Shown here piece after piece: positions 25,901 to 36,900 of a stretch of DNA of 64,000 bases (position 1 is its first letter; each line of letters begins with the position of its first letter). A program made the position numbers and the translations under genes. This stretch comes from Macrostomum lignano. Taxonomy: Eukaryota. The notes under the pieces are model-generated. The model searched no databases, was not told the DNA's origin, and saw only the letters and a list, made by a program, of their open reading frames with translations. The stretch covers positions 124,001 through 188,000 of the forward strand of contig NIVC01000475.1 of the NCBI GenBank assembly GCA_002269645.1, in the 5' to 3' direction.

Positions 25901-28900
25901 CAACGCTGCGCTCTCACTGCAGCTTCAATGATGGGGCGCCTCCAACTGGTGTCCACTGGGCCGACTGCTGCTTGGTCTCTGGGTCAAAACTGTAGATCCA
26001 GGATTCGTCACCACTGACGATTTCCCAGACCGAGTTTGAGCGGCCATCATCGAATCTGTAGAGCATGGCATGGCACCAAGCCACCCGAGCCTCCTTTTGC
26101 TCCTCCGTCAGGTGATGAGGCACCCAGCGTGCAGAAATCTTGCTCAGGTTGAGCCTTGAGTGCAGGAATCGTGCGGATGGCTGCCGATGAGATGCCGCTT
26201 CTGCCTCTATCTGGGCCACAGTTGCCCTGGCATCATCCTCAATCATGGCCCGAATAGCAGCAACATTCTCATCCCTTGCTTCTGCAGTCATCATCATCCA
26301 GACTCCGTCGGCCATGTCGAAATTCAGCAAACCACTCAAAAACTGTGGACCTGGAAGGTGCTTCATTACCAAAGTTCCAAAGCTTAAAGTTCCTCAAAGC
26401 TATTCTGATTGCCTTAAACAGCAGCGCAGGCTTTATAGAGTGAATTTGTCTGAAATTGCACAACTGTAATCACAAAATAATTGTACATAATATCTGCTAT
26501 GCCGAATTGTATACATCTCCTTCCCAATTTGTGCCTCCGAAAGCTTATTGCATACCCCTCGTAGCCTACTGAAGGATTAGGGATAGCCTACTGAAGGATC
26601 AGGGATAGCCTACTGAAGGATCAGGGGTAGCCTACTGAAGGATCGGGGTAGCCTACTGAAGGATCGGGGTAGCCTACTGAAGGATCGGGGTAGCCTACTG
26701 AAGGATCGGGGTAGCCTACTGAAGGATCGGGGTAGCCTACTGAAGGATCGGGGTAGCCTACTGAAGGATCAGGGATAGCCTACTGAAGGATCAGGGGTAG
26801 CCTACTGAAGGATCGGGGTAGCCTACTGAAGGATCAGGGATAGCCTACTGAAGGATCAGGGGTAGCCTACTGAAGGATCGGGGGTAGCCTACTGAAGGAT
26901 CAGGGATAGCCTACTGAAGGATCAGGGGTAGCCTACTGAAGGATCAGGGATAGCCTACTGAAGGATCGGGGGTAGCCTACTGAAGGATCAGGGATAGCCT
27001 ACTGAAGGATCGGGGTAGCCTACTGAAGGATCAGGGATAGCCTACTGAAGGATCGGGGGTAGCCTACTGAAGGATCAGGGGTAGCCTACTGAAGGATCAG
27101 AGATAGCCTACTGAAGGATCGGGGGTAGCCTACTGAAGGATCGGGGGTAGCCTACTGAAGGATCAGGGGTAGCCTACTGAAGGATTGGGGTAGCCTACTG
27201 AAGGATCGGGGTAGCCTACTGAAGGATCAGGGTAGCCTACTAAAAGATCGGGGGTAGCCTACTGAAGGATCGGGGTAGCCTACTGAAGGATTGGGGTAGC
27301 CTACTGAAGGATCAGGGATAGCCTACTGAAGGATCGGGGTAGCCTACTGAAGGATCGGGGGTAGCCTACTAAAGGATCAGGGTAGCCTACTGAAGGATCA
27401 GGGGTAGCCTACTGAAGGATCGGGGTAGCCTACTGAAGGATCGGGGATAGCCTACTGAAGGATCAGGGGTAGCCTACTGAAGGATTGGGGTAGCCTACTG
27501 AAGGATCAGGGATAGCCTACTGAAGGATCGGGGTAGCCTACTGAAGGATCGGGGGTAGCCTACTGAAGGATCGGGGGTAGCCTACTAAAGGATCAGGGTA
27601 GCCTACTGAAGGATCAGGGGTAGCCTACTGAAGGATCGGGGTAGCCTACTGAAGGATCGGGGTAGCCTACTGAAGGATCGGGGATAGCCTACTGAAGGAT
27701 CAGGGATAGCCTACTGAAGGATCAGGGGTAGCCTACTGAAGGATCGGGGTAGCCTACTGAAGGATCGGGGGTAGCCTACTGAAGGATCAGGGGTAGCCTA
27801 CTGAAGGATCGGGGTAGCCTACTGAAGGATCAGGGATAGCCTACTGAAGGATCAGGGGTAGCCTACTGAAGGATCAGGGATAGCCTACTGAAGGATCGGG
27901 GGTAGCCTACTGAAGGATCAGGGATAGCCTACTGAAGGATCGGGGGTAGCCTACTGAAGGATCAGGGATAGCCTACTGAAGGATCGGGGGTAGCCTACTG
28001 AAGGATCAGGGGTAGCCTACTGAAGGATCAGAGATAGCCTACTGAAGGATCGGGGTAGCCTACTGAAGGATCGGGGGTAGCCTACTGAAGGATCAGGGGT
28101 AGCCTACTGAAGGATTGGGGTAGCCTACTGAAGGATCAGGGGTAGCCTACTGAAGGATCGTGGGTAGCCTACTGAAGGATCGGGGTAGCCTACTGAAGGA
28201 TCGGGGTAGCCTACTGAAGGATCAGGGTAGCCTACTGAAAGATCGGGGGTAGCCTACTGAAGGATCGGGGGTAGCCTACTGAAAGATCGGGGGTAGCCTA
28301 CTGAAGGATCAGGATAGCCTACTGAAGGATCGGGGTAGCCTACTGAAGGATCGGGGTAGCCTACTGAAGGATCAGGGTAGCCTACTAAAAGATCGGGGGT
28401 AGCCTACTGAAGGATCGGGGTAGCCTACTGAAGGATTGGGGTAGCCTACTGAAGGATCAGGGATAGCCTACTGAAGGATCGGGGTAGCCTACTGAAGGAT
28501 CGGGGGTAGCCTACTAAAGGATCAGGGTAGCCTACTGAAGGATCAGGGGTAGCCTACTGAAGGATCGGGGTAGCCTACTGAAGGATCGGGGATAGCCTAC
28601 TGAAGGATCAGGGGTAGCCTACTGAAGGATTGGGGTAGCCTACTGAAGGATCAGGGATAGCCTACTGAAGGATCGTGGGTAGCCTACTGAAGGATCGGGG
28701 GTAGCCTACTGAAGGATCGGGGTAGCCTACTGAAGGATCGGGGGTAGCGTACTGAAGGATCAGGATAGCCTACTGAAGGATCGGGGGTAGCCTACTGAAG
28801 GATCGGGGTAGCCTACTGAAGGATCGGGGGTAGCGTACTGAAGGATCAGGATAGCCTACTGAAGGATCGGGGTAGCCTACTGAAGGATCAGGGATAGCCT

Positions 28901-30602
28901 ACTGAAGGATCGGGGGTAGCCTACTGAAGGATCGTGGGTAGCCTACTGAAGGATCGGGGTAGCCTACTGAAGGATCGGGGTAGCCTACTGAAGGATCGGG
29001 GTAGCCTACTGAAGGATCGGGGTAGCCTACTAAAGGATCGGGGTAGCCTACTAAAGGATCGGGGTAGCCTACTAAAGGTCTACGGAAAGATCAGTGAGCA
29101 TTGGAAGTCTGACCCGATTCCCCTCGTCGCCACTGCACCGCAGGCGCGGACATGCCCGTCGTAATCACGGTGCTGAACTCCTACTCTGGCTGGGCCCTGT
29201 GCGCCGAAGGCTTCATGCTGGACAACAACCTGATGACCGTGGTTGGCGCCCTCATCGGGTCCAGCGGTGCCATCCTGTCCTACATCATGTGCAAAGCTAT
29301 GAACCGCAGCCTGCCCAATGTCATCTTCGGCGGCTACGGCACTAGCTCTTATGCCGGCGGCAAAGCTATGGAGATCACCGGTACTCATACTGAGGTGAGG
29401 CGATTCTTGTCTTGTCACAGAGTTCTTTGACCTCGAATGACCCGCTTTGATCTCAAATTACCCACTTTGACCTTAAATCACCCATTTTGACCTTAAATGA
29501 CCCCTTTGACTTCAAAGAGCCCAGTGGCTTAAGATGACATACTTTGACCTCAAATGACCCACTTTGACCTCTGATAAGCCATTTTGACCTTAAATCTAGT
29601 TTGAACTCAAATGATCTATTTGACTTCAAAGAACCCAGTGTGGCTTTAAATGACATACTTTGACCTCAAATGACCCACATTGACCCCAAATGACCCAATT
29701 TGACCTCAAAAAACCAACCTTGATTTTTTGACTCAATTTCATCTCAAATAGCCAATCTTGACTTGAGCCTCAAAGTTACTTGTTACTTGGTAACAAAGTA
29801 CGACTATGCTGGTATAATCGATCTTTTGTAACCCGAATGACCCTAAATGACCCTTATTATATTATCGCCGGTTGTCATCAGGTTAACGTCGACCAAGTGG
29901 CCGACTGGGCGGTGAACGCTCGCAACGTGATCATCACTCCCGGCTACGGCCTGTGCGTGGCCAAGGCCCAGTACCCCCTGGCCGAGCTGGTCACCCTGCT
30001 GCGCAAGAAAGGCGTCAACGTTCGCTTTGGAATCCACCCGGTGGCCGGCCGCATGCCCGGACAGCTCAACGTGCTGCTGGCCGAGGCCGGCGTCCCCTAC
30101 GACATTGTGCTGGAGATGGACGAGATCAATCACGACTTCCCGGAGACAGACCTGGTACTGGTCATCGGCGCCAACGACACGGTGAACTCAGCCGCTGAGG
30201 AGGATCCCAACAGCATCATTGCGGGTGAGCCCTGACTGTCAGTGCATTAATTTGCACTTCGTGGCACTCGCAAGTGTACAGTGTAGGAATGTAAAATATG
30301 TACACTGTAGGATATACAATTTTGTGTACAGCGTAGGAACGTAAAAAGTGTTGGCGACCATAAGTCAGTACAATGCCTAACCTGCACCCCCATTAACCCG
30401 CCACCCACACTCAGGCATGCCGGTGCTTCGCGTGTGGAACTCCAAGCAGGTGGTGGTCGTCAAGCGCACCCTTGGCGTTGGCTACGCCGCCGTGGACAAC
30501 CCGATTTTCTTCAAGGAGAACACCGGCATGCTGCTCGGCGACGCCAAGAAGATGTGCGACGGCCTGCTGTCCAAGGTCAAGGAGTACTATGGCGACAACT
30601 GA
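10945..30602 (+). CDS. NNT: Mitochondrial NAD(P) transhydrogenase, single-chain dI-dII-dIII, 10 coding exons, 1073 aa
   Basis: Exons 10945-11175, 15200-15539, 17841-18037, 18846-19199, 19701-20027, 21010-21451, 22294-22842, 29144-29394, 29882-30224, 30415-30602 (3222 nt), GT-AG and in phase. Presequence-like N-terminus, IGVPKE...[89 protein letters not shown]. Confidence 0.98.
11300..11498 (-). mobile_element. 5'-truncated CORE-SINE-like fragment
   Basis: Reverse complement of 11437-11498 reads TTGTGTCCTTGAGCAAGACACTTAACTCTGC...CACCCAGCTGTAAAATGGG, matching the CORE/MIR-type conserved block. No tRNA-derived head visible. Confidence 0.55.
11555..15080. repeat. 25-bp satellite (AAAACTCCATTAAGAACCGGCCTTC), ~140 copies, NNT intron 1
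   Basis: Period 25; a 350-bp higher-order repeat is present. Confidence 0.97.
15575..17820. repeat. 23-bp satellite in alternating 46-bp dimers (CTACCTGAGAATCGCCCCCAATT / CTACCTGAGAGTCGCCTCCAAAC), NNT intron 2
   Basis: Tandem units seen directly. Confidence 0.97.
18118..18810. repeat. 21-bp minisatellite (GATTTGTACAGTTTGACTGGA), NNT intron 3
   Basis: Tandem units seen directly. Confidence 0.95.
19215..19590. repeat. 21-bp minisatellite (GCTCAGAATCCTAATCCCTTT), NNT intron 4
   Basis: Tandem units, degenerate toward the 3' end. Confidence 0.92.
20060..20890. repeat. 18-19 bp minisatellite (CAGTGTCCCTGAAGTTAT/C), NNT intron 5
   Basis: Tandem units seen directly. Confidence 0.95.
21470..22235. 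repeat. 22-bp minisatellite (GATTGACAGGTAGGGAATGGCT), NNT intron 6
   Basis: Tandem units; homogeneous to ~21940, then degenerate. Confidence 0.95.
22948..26561 (-). mobile_element. Degenerate mariner (Tc1/mariner, DD34D type) transposon with internal 2.5 kb insert, in NNT intron 7
   Basis: 26-bp TIRs (22948-22973 CAAGGGGTGTGCAATAAGTTTCCGGA; 26536-26561, 4 mismatches) flanked by TA at 22946-47 and 26562-63. Minus-strand transposase pieces: [18 protein letters not shown] (HTH), [32 protein letters not shown]; several stops and frameshifts. Confidence 0.93.
23270..25751 (-). mobile_element. Decayed EnSpm/CACTA (CMC)-like transposase segment captured inside the mariner
   Basis: Minus-strand remnants [25 protein letters not shown] and [17 protein letters not shown]...[25 protein letters not shown] resemble the TDG / DxPAR..N..GC..C motifs of animal EnSpm-type transposases (recognised by motif, no search run). 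Upstream acidic ~51-bp repeat at 25085-25385; in-frame stops; no own TIRs seen. Confidence 0.65.
26562..29075. repeat. 21-22 bp satellite (TAGCCTACTGAAGGATCGGGG), ~115 copies, NNT intron 7
   Basis: Tandem units starting at the mariner right-hand TA. Confidence 0.97.
29425..29770. repeat. Degenerate ~19-bp repeat (TTTGACCTCAAATGACCCA), NNT intron 8
   Basis: Recurrent TTTGACCT(C/T)AAATGAC. Confidence 0.8.
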
Positions 30603-30694
30603 GCTCTTGGACTGCGCTTTGGGGGTGGGGATACCGTCTGACCTGTGCTGCCGTTTGTTGGGGACTTCGGTTTCGGATTTTATCGGTTGCCACC

Positions 30695-31095
30695 CTGAGA
30701 ATCGCCCTAAATCTCACCCTGAGAATCGCCCATATTCCAGTCTGAGAATCGCCCCAAATCTCTTACCCTGACAATCGCCCCGAATCCAACCTGAGAATCG
30801 CCCTAATCTCACCCTGAGAATCGCCCCGAATCCAACCTGAGAATCGCCCCAATTTCACTCTGAGAATCGCCTCAAATCTCACCCTGAGAATCGCCTTAAA
30901 ACTCACCCTGACAATCGCTCTGAATCTCACCCTGACAATCGCCCTAAATCTCACCCTGACAATCGCTCTAAATCTCACCCTGACAATCGCCCTAAATCTC
31001 ACCCTGACAATCGCCCTAAATCTCACCCTGACAATCGCCCTAAATCTCACCCTGAGAATCGCTCCAAATCTCACCCTGAGAATCGCCCTAAAATC
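30695..31095. repeat. 24-bp minisatellite (CTGAGAATCGCCCTAAATCTCACC), just downstream of the NNT stop (probable 3'UTR)
   Basis: AATCGC at 30961 and 30985. Confidence 0.93.
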
Positions 31096-31924
31096 CACAC
31101 AGCTGCGGCTGAACTTTGCCCCTATTCGCTGCCAGACGTTCTCTATCAACAGGGTCTAGAATTAATTGGCACCTGAAGTTCTGAAAACAGTTTTTTGTTG
31201 TATGATAAGTCGGTTAAATTGTAACACGTGTTCAAGGTGCCGCTAGTTTAGTAGACACTTAGATAGGCTCATTTTCTATGGTTCTAATATTCTCATATCT
31301 GGGTCTCTGAACTCTGTCCCTTTCCCTGTTTGTTTATGATAAACCCAGTAAAATCGTGCTGTCTGTCAGATCATACTAAATTTATTAATAATTTAGTATT
31401 GTTCAAGTGTGTGTTCCACTTGCTTTAGCTTATTTTTAGATGTTTTTTATTTATAGTTAGGCGTGTTCGAATTTGCCCAAAATATCAAGATAGCAAATTT
31501 ATTAATTCAATGTGCTTTTGTATCTCAGAATCAAGCACTCAAAAACCATTGATTCGTTCGGCTGTTAAACGAAAATTTAAATTATGAAGCAAAAATTGTC
31601 TCTGGTTTTTTCACGCTACTGTAAGTAGCTTTCAAATTCTACGTCTGCGTATAGAAAAATAGTGTACGTGTTTCTATTTATCCAAGTGATGAAATAAACT
31701 TGGCTTGGCCTTATTAACTCTCTAATTTCTCTGCTTCCTGCTCTAACTATCAGATAGACACTTCAGTTCAATTACACTAATCCCTGTCATTGCTGGGCTC
31801 TCGTCATCACCTGGCTAAGTTAGAAAATGGAAGACTTGAAATCCATAACAATACATTTGCTGTGTTTCTTCTGCATTGCTTATTTGGGTTTGTTATTCCA
31901 CCGCTTGCAGATGATTCCTATGCC

Positions 31925-33056
31925 CTATCCCTCAGTTGCTGGGCCAGCTTCCCAGATCCTCAGTTGCTGGGCCATTCAGCCTCCCAGATCCTCAGTTGCT
32001 GGGCCAGCCTCCCAGATCCTCAGTTGCTGGGCCAGCCTCCCAGATCCTCAGTTGCTGGGCCTGCCTCCCAGATCCTCAGTTGCTGGGCCAGCCTCCCAGA
32101 TCCTCAGTTGCTGTGCCAGCCTCCCAGATCCTCAGTTGCTGGGCCAGCCTCCCAGATCCTCAGTTGCTGGGCCAGCCTCCCAGATCCTCAGTTGCTGGGC
32201 CATTCAGCCTCTCAGGTCCTTAGTTGCTGGGCCAGCCTCCCAGATCCTCAGTTGCTGGGCCATTCAGCCTCTCAGGTCCTTAGTTGCTGGGCCAGCCTCC
32301 CAGATCCTCAGTTGCTGGGCCATTCAGCCTCTCAGGTCCTTAGTTGCTGGGCCAGCCTCCCAGATCCTCAGTTGCTGGGCCATTCAGCCTCTCAGGTCCT
32401 TAGTTGCTGGGCCTGCCTCCCAGATCCTCAGTTGCTGGGCCATTCAGCCTCTCAGGTCCTTAGTTGCTGGGCCAGCCTCCCAGATCCTCAGTTGCTGGGC
32501 CATTCAGCCTCTCAGGTCCTTAGTTGCTGGGCCAGCCTCCCAGATCCTCAGTTGCTGGGCCATTCAGCCTCTCAGGTCCTTAGTTGCTGGGCCAGCCTCC
32601 CAGATCCTCAGTTGCTGGGCCATTCAGCCTCTCAGGTCCTTAGTTGCTTGGCCAGCCTCCCAGATCCTCAGTTGCTGGGCCATAAAGCCTCCCAGATCCT
32701 CAGCTGCTGGGCCAGCCTCCCAGATCCTCAGTTGCTGGGCCATTCAGCCTCTCAGGTCCTTAGTTGCTGGGCCAGCCTCCCAGACCCTCAGTTGCTGGGA
32801 TATTCAGCCTCTCAGATCCTTAGTTGCTGGGCCATTCAGCCTCCCACAGTGTCAGTTGCTGGGCCATCCCAGTGTCAGTTGCTATACAAGCTTCCCAGAT
32901 CCTCAGTTGCTTGGCCAGCCTCCCAGATCCTCAGTTGCTTGGCCAGCCTCCCAGATCCTCAGTTGCTGGGCCATAAAGCCTCCCAGATCCTCAGTTGCTG
33001 GGCCAGCCTCCCAGATCCTCAGTTGCTGGGCCATGCAGCCTCCCAGATCCTCAGTC
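31925..33056. repeat. 28/32-bp minisatellite (CCAGCCTCCCAGATCCTCAGTTGCTGGG) with 60-bp dimers, between NNT and the MCT gene
   Basis: Same family as 3645-4007. Confidence 0.95.
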
Positions 33057-33765
33057 CTAGGACTGGTAAAGATTTCCGAGTTAAAGAACCACAAAGCCTG
33101 ACAGACACCCAACCTGTTAAAGAGCAATCTTATTTAGATAAAACTATCGCTACATGTGGGTCAGTGTGTCAGCACTTCATTTTTAACCTTTGAACCCAGC
33201 TAGGATAGGGAAAAATGGAGATTTATAATTTGCATGAGTATAGTTTTGTTGCCTGGGGAATGCCTAATTTTAATTGTAGTAATTATCGCCTGTCGAAACA
33301 AAGTCTGACTGTAAACACACATAAACACATAGCAACAGATTGGAGACGGCTCTACAGTTGGCAGTTGCTAAGAGGTCAGGCTAGTAGGAAGCGAAGACTT
33401 GCACCAGCTGATAAGGGCTAAATTGTGTTTCACACTTGCGCTCCGGTTGACCCCGAAATTCCCCGTGTCATGCTGGGCCGCCGTGGCCCGCGGCCTACTT
33501 TAGGGCTTGTTAATCGTAATTGAACAAAATGATTAACAATCTGTGCCGGCAGACTCTGCTACGCCACTTGGCACAAAGGCTCAATTGTTTCTGAGCGCTA
33601 AGGCTGTAAACTGTTTATAATTGTTACTTATCTGTCTTATGCCTTGGACTCCAGGCCCTTGTGTGCTCAAATGCCTGGGCCCCGGCCTCTCCGCTAAGAC
33701 TGCCTGCAGTGCACAGGAGGTGGGGTGAGCGAGTATAATGGAGAGACAGACAGTGGCGGCAGCCA

Positions 33766-33773
33766 TATAAAAA
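33766..33773 (+). promoter_or_regulatory. Possible TATA box of the MCT gene
   Basis: TATAAAAA ~160 bp upstream of ATG 33934; Inr-like TCAGTC at 33803 is slightly further than canonical spacing. Confidence 0.25.
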
Positions 33774-33933
33774 GACCATTTTTCAGACCGAAGTGACGCA
33801 CCTCAGTCAGCTGTTATTGGCTGTCTTTTATCCCGAGCTGGAGGAATTTTCTTACAGAGCCACAGTCTCCGGTCTTAGATAGATGCAGCCTGGCTGCTGA
33901 CTTTGCTTAAACATTTATGAAACATAATTAGTT

Positions 33934-36900
33934 ATGGCGTCTAAGGCGCTTCAAAAAGCCACCGTTGCCAATGGCAACGCGAATGGCAATAACAACAACA
34001 GCAACGGCTGCAACGGTGTCAAGGATGAGGACGCGGAGGCTGTCCCGGATGTCGAGGCGGAGCTGCTGGAGTTCGTGCCAGCGGATGGCGGGCTGCGAGC
34101 CTGGCTGGTGTGTTTCACATCCTTCTGCACCAACGGCACCATCTTCTCCATCATCAACAGCTTCGGCATCATCAGCGACTGGCTGATCACCACCAGGGGC
34201 ATCTCGAAGTCCGTGGCGGGTGAGCGAGCTGTTAAAAGTGCATGGAATCCTTCCTACCTTTCTTTATCTACCCTACCTACACTGCCTACCATGCCTACCT
34301 TACGTACTCTGCCTACTCTACCTATATCCAACCTACCCTGTCTACCCTGCCTACCCTACCTACCCTACCTATCCAACCTACCCTGCCTACCCTACCTATT
34401 CAGCCTACCCTGCCTACCCTACCTGGTCTACCTACGAGTACTCTACCCTGACCACTCTATCTACTCTGTCCACTCTGCCTACCCATGCTCGACCTACCCT
34501 GCCTATCCTATACCTACATGTACTGACCGTATAACAACCAACCTACAGTTTTTAGGTCTACTCAACATACTCAGTCTACTTACACTTGCAAGCCCACCCA
34601 ACACAATATACCCACCAAAGCAGTCTAACAAAACTCCGAGCACATTTTAAAAGCATTTCCAAAATTTTCCAGGGATTTTCCAGTACCGAATCCGCGGGCC
34701 CCCTCAAACCATCCATCCAATGTTCTATATTTAGCATCAATTGTTTTGAGACCACATAGTACAGTGCGCATAAAATTCTCACCACTTGACTCAGAGTTTG
34801 TCTGCCCCAGAGCATTGGCCTCTCTGCACTCTTTTAAGTGCAGCAGAGTTTCGTCACAAGCCTCAGCGAGGTGGACGGCGGCTCCACGCCTAAGTTGTGT
34901 GAACAAGAAGCTGAAGAAATACAGTAGACTGAGAAACTTGCTTTCTTTCAAAAGTGCAAAACGTTGCTTTTGAGTAGATAACAGTGGTTGATAAATTTAA
35001 TTTGTTCATCTTAGAGAACTCTAAGGTTTTAACTACAATGAAAAAATTACAAAAAGTTTTTAAAGCTTTTTTACAAATTATTTTATGCTTGTACAATTGC
35101 TATTAAATAGACATTTTCTGGCCAGAAAGCCATTAAAACTTACCCTGCATCCTACGCAACGAACTCAACCTTACTCAACCAACCCAACCTACTCAACCTT
35201 CATAAGCTACCCAACATACCAAACCTACTTTATCTACCCAACCCTACCAAATCTTCCTAAACCTACCCAATCTACCCAATCTACCCAATCTACCCAATCT
35301 GCTCAGCCTACCCAACCTACCAAACTTACTCAAACCTACCCAACCAACCCAACCTACCTAACTTACTCAAACCTACCAAACCTACCCAACCAACCCAACC
35401 TACCCAACATGCCCAACAAATCCAACCTACCCAACCTACCTAACCTACCCAACCTACCCAACCTACCTAACCTACCCAACCTGCCCAACCAACCTAACCT
35501 ACCCAACCTACCCAACCTACCTAACCTACCCAACCTACCCAACCTACCCAACCTGCCGAACCAACCTAACCTACCCAACCTACCCAACCGCAGGCTCGAT
35601 CGGCTCGGCCACCATCGGCTGCGTGTTCTTCTTCTCCTTCCTCGGCAGCATCGTGATGGACCGGGTCGGCCTCCGCCGCTGCGCCTTCGCCGGCGGCCTC
35701 ATCGCCGTGTGCAGCTTCATGGCGAGCTCCTTCGTGCCGCCAGAGAACGCCACCGTCCTGTTCTTCACCCACAGCTGCCTGTTCGGCTTCGGCGCAGCCC
35801 TGGTGTACACCCCCAGCCTGGTGATCCTCGGGCACCATTTCGACAAGCGGCTGGGCCTGGCTAACGGCATCGTCACCCTGGGCAGCGGCGTCTTCTCCGT
35901 GGTGCTGTCCCGATCGCTCAAGCCGCTGCTCCTCGATCGCATCGGGGTGCACAACACCTTCAGAGTGTACTGCGGCATGGCGGCCTTCATGCTGGTGTAC
36001 TCATTCACCTGGAAACCGCTGAGACCTGTCAGGCACGCAGAGCTGGATCACTACCTGTCGCAGGCGTCCCTCACCGAACGCTTGGCCGGTGTGCGAGCTT
36101 TTCTTACCAAGTTTCTCAACGTCAGCATCTGGCGAAATCGCGGCTTCTTGATCTGGATTGTCGGCTGCCCGTTCGCCCTGTTTGGCTACTTTGTGCCCTT
36201 CATGTTTCTGGTGAGCCCTGCGGCTTTTCTGTGCCTCCGACTCTGCCTCCTCTCCCTATCTCCCTCTGCTTTTCCCTCTCTCTCTCCCTCTCTTCCTCTG
36301 CTTCTCCCTCTCTCTCTCCATCTATCCCTATGCCTCTCCCTCTGTCTCCCTCCCTCTCTCTCCCTCTACCTCTCCCTCTATCTCCCTTTCTCTCTCCACT
36401 CTCTCTTCCTCTATCTCCCTCTCTCTCTCTCCCTCTACCTCTCCCTCTATCTCCCTCCCTCTCTCCCCTCTCTCTCTCTCACTGTTTCTCCCCTGTTTCC
36501 TCTCTGTCTTCTCTCTCCCCTATCTCTCTCTCTCCTAGTCTCTTATCTTAGCTCGCATTAGAGTGCATCTGCTCTCGCCATTTTGCTTACATTCTCTGAT
36601 CCCAGTCCTTCTAATCATGTGACCTCTTTTCCACTTCCCTTGTGTCTGATTGCCCATCTGTCCAATTCTAAGCCTTCATCAGGTTCCATTATCTTAAAAT
36701 CTATCTAAGCAAATAAAAGTGCATCTGTACTTCGACCTTTTTAATTAAAAGGAAGTCTTATGCACAGATAGAAGCATTTACTGCTGCTTGGGTCACCGGG
36801 TGCAAGTTATTCTATCAATAGTTAGACTTCCTCATTGCCCACTCTAAAGTTTCCTAACTTAATTTCCCCAACCCTAACCCTAACTCCAGTCATTCGTAAA

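Noticed and set aside
25914-26463. Stop-codon readthrough or programmed frameshift rescuing the mariner transposase
   Set aside because: Multiple independent stops, frameshifts and loss of a catalytic Asp indicate a pseudogene.
31790-33193. 467-aa and 424-aa ORFs
   Set aside because: Translations of the 28/60-bp repeat; no splice support or protein-like content.
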